A stretch of 63,752 nt of DNA, filler included, from Choristocarpus tenellus KU-1152 (taxonomy: Eukaryota; Protista; Phaeophyceae), in the NCBI GenBank assembly GCA_964200185.2. It is 11 parts of 11 records of this genome, joined end to end, with 100 filler letters (N's around TTAATTAATTAA, not from the genome) between each part and the next. Parts side by side here need not be neighbours in the genome. Positions count along the whole stretch, not along the records: positions 61,138 to 63,752 come from CAXNAD020026253.1; 10 more parts are not named here. One strand, given 5' to 3'. A model generated the notes under the pieces. That model searched no databases. It saw nothing but the letters and a program-made list of their open reading frames with translations, and was not told the DNA's origin. Both the position numbers and the translations under genes were made by a program. Below, piece by piece: positions 63,711-63,752 of the stretch; the first letter of the stretch is position 1; the number at the start of each line of letters is the position of its first letter.

Positions 63711-63752
63711 GTCTCAAAGTATCTGGGAGGGGGTAGCGGCTGTCCAATTGGG
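63711..63752 (-). mobile_element. Type-A MITE end at window edge (bare termini also at 45645-45666 and 61016-61037)
   Basis: GTCTCAAAGTATCTGGGAGGGGGT.GCGGCTGTCCA.TTGGG matches 57979-58020. Confidence 0.85.

Overview
Eukaryotic nuclear DNA, repeat-rich and intron-rich, made of 11 separate contigs joined by an artificial 100-nt linker (N44-TTAATTAATTAA-N44). Neighbourhoods across linkers are therefore meaningless. Most six-frame ORFs are noise. Genes I could reconstruct from splice sites and frame continuity: a non-RD TKL-type protein kinase, a complete Ctr/COPT copper transporter, a Myb/SANT-like DNA-binding protein, a DUF389-like membrane protein, the last exon of a MYST histone acetyltransferase, and a coiled-coil/DysF-like protein. 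The window is dominated by short TIR elements with four different bodies that share one terminus (approx. GRNYCAAAGTATCT...AGATACTTTGRNYC). It also has a second palindromic MITE family, a pogo-like transposase relic, several satellites and interstitial TTAGGG repeats. Best observation: one 609-bp member of the TIR family (32753-33361) encloses a tail-to-tail (convergent) chimera of two stop-free Rickettsiaceae-like gene fragments, rne (+) and murG (-), joined at a 2-nt microhomology. This looks like endosymbiont DNA packaged inside a host non-autonomous transposon. Second best: a 1.5-kb intron with (TTAGGG)n at its 5' end and (CCCTAA)n at its 3' end, where the telomeric repeat supplies the branch-point motif. 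Host identity cannot be fixed from the sequence; an alga/stramenopile is a guess. All protein family calls come from motif recognition, not database searches.
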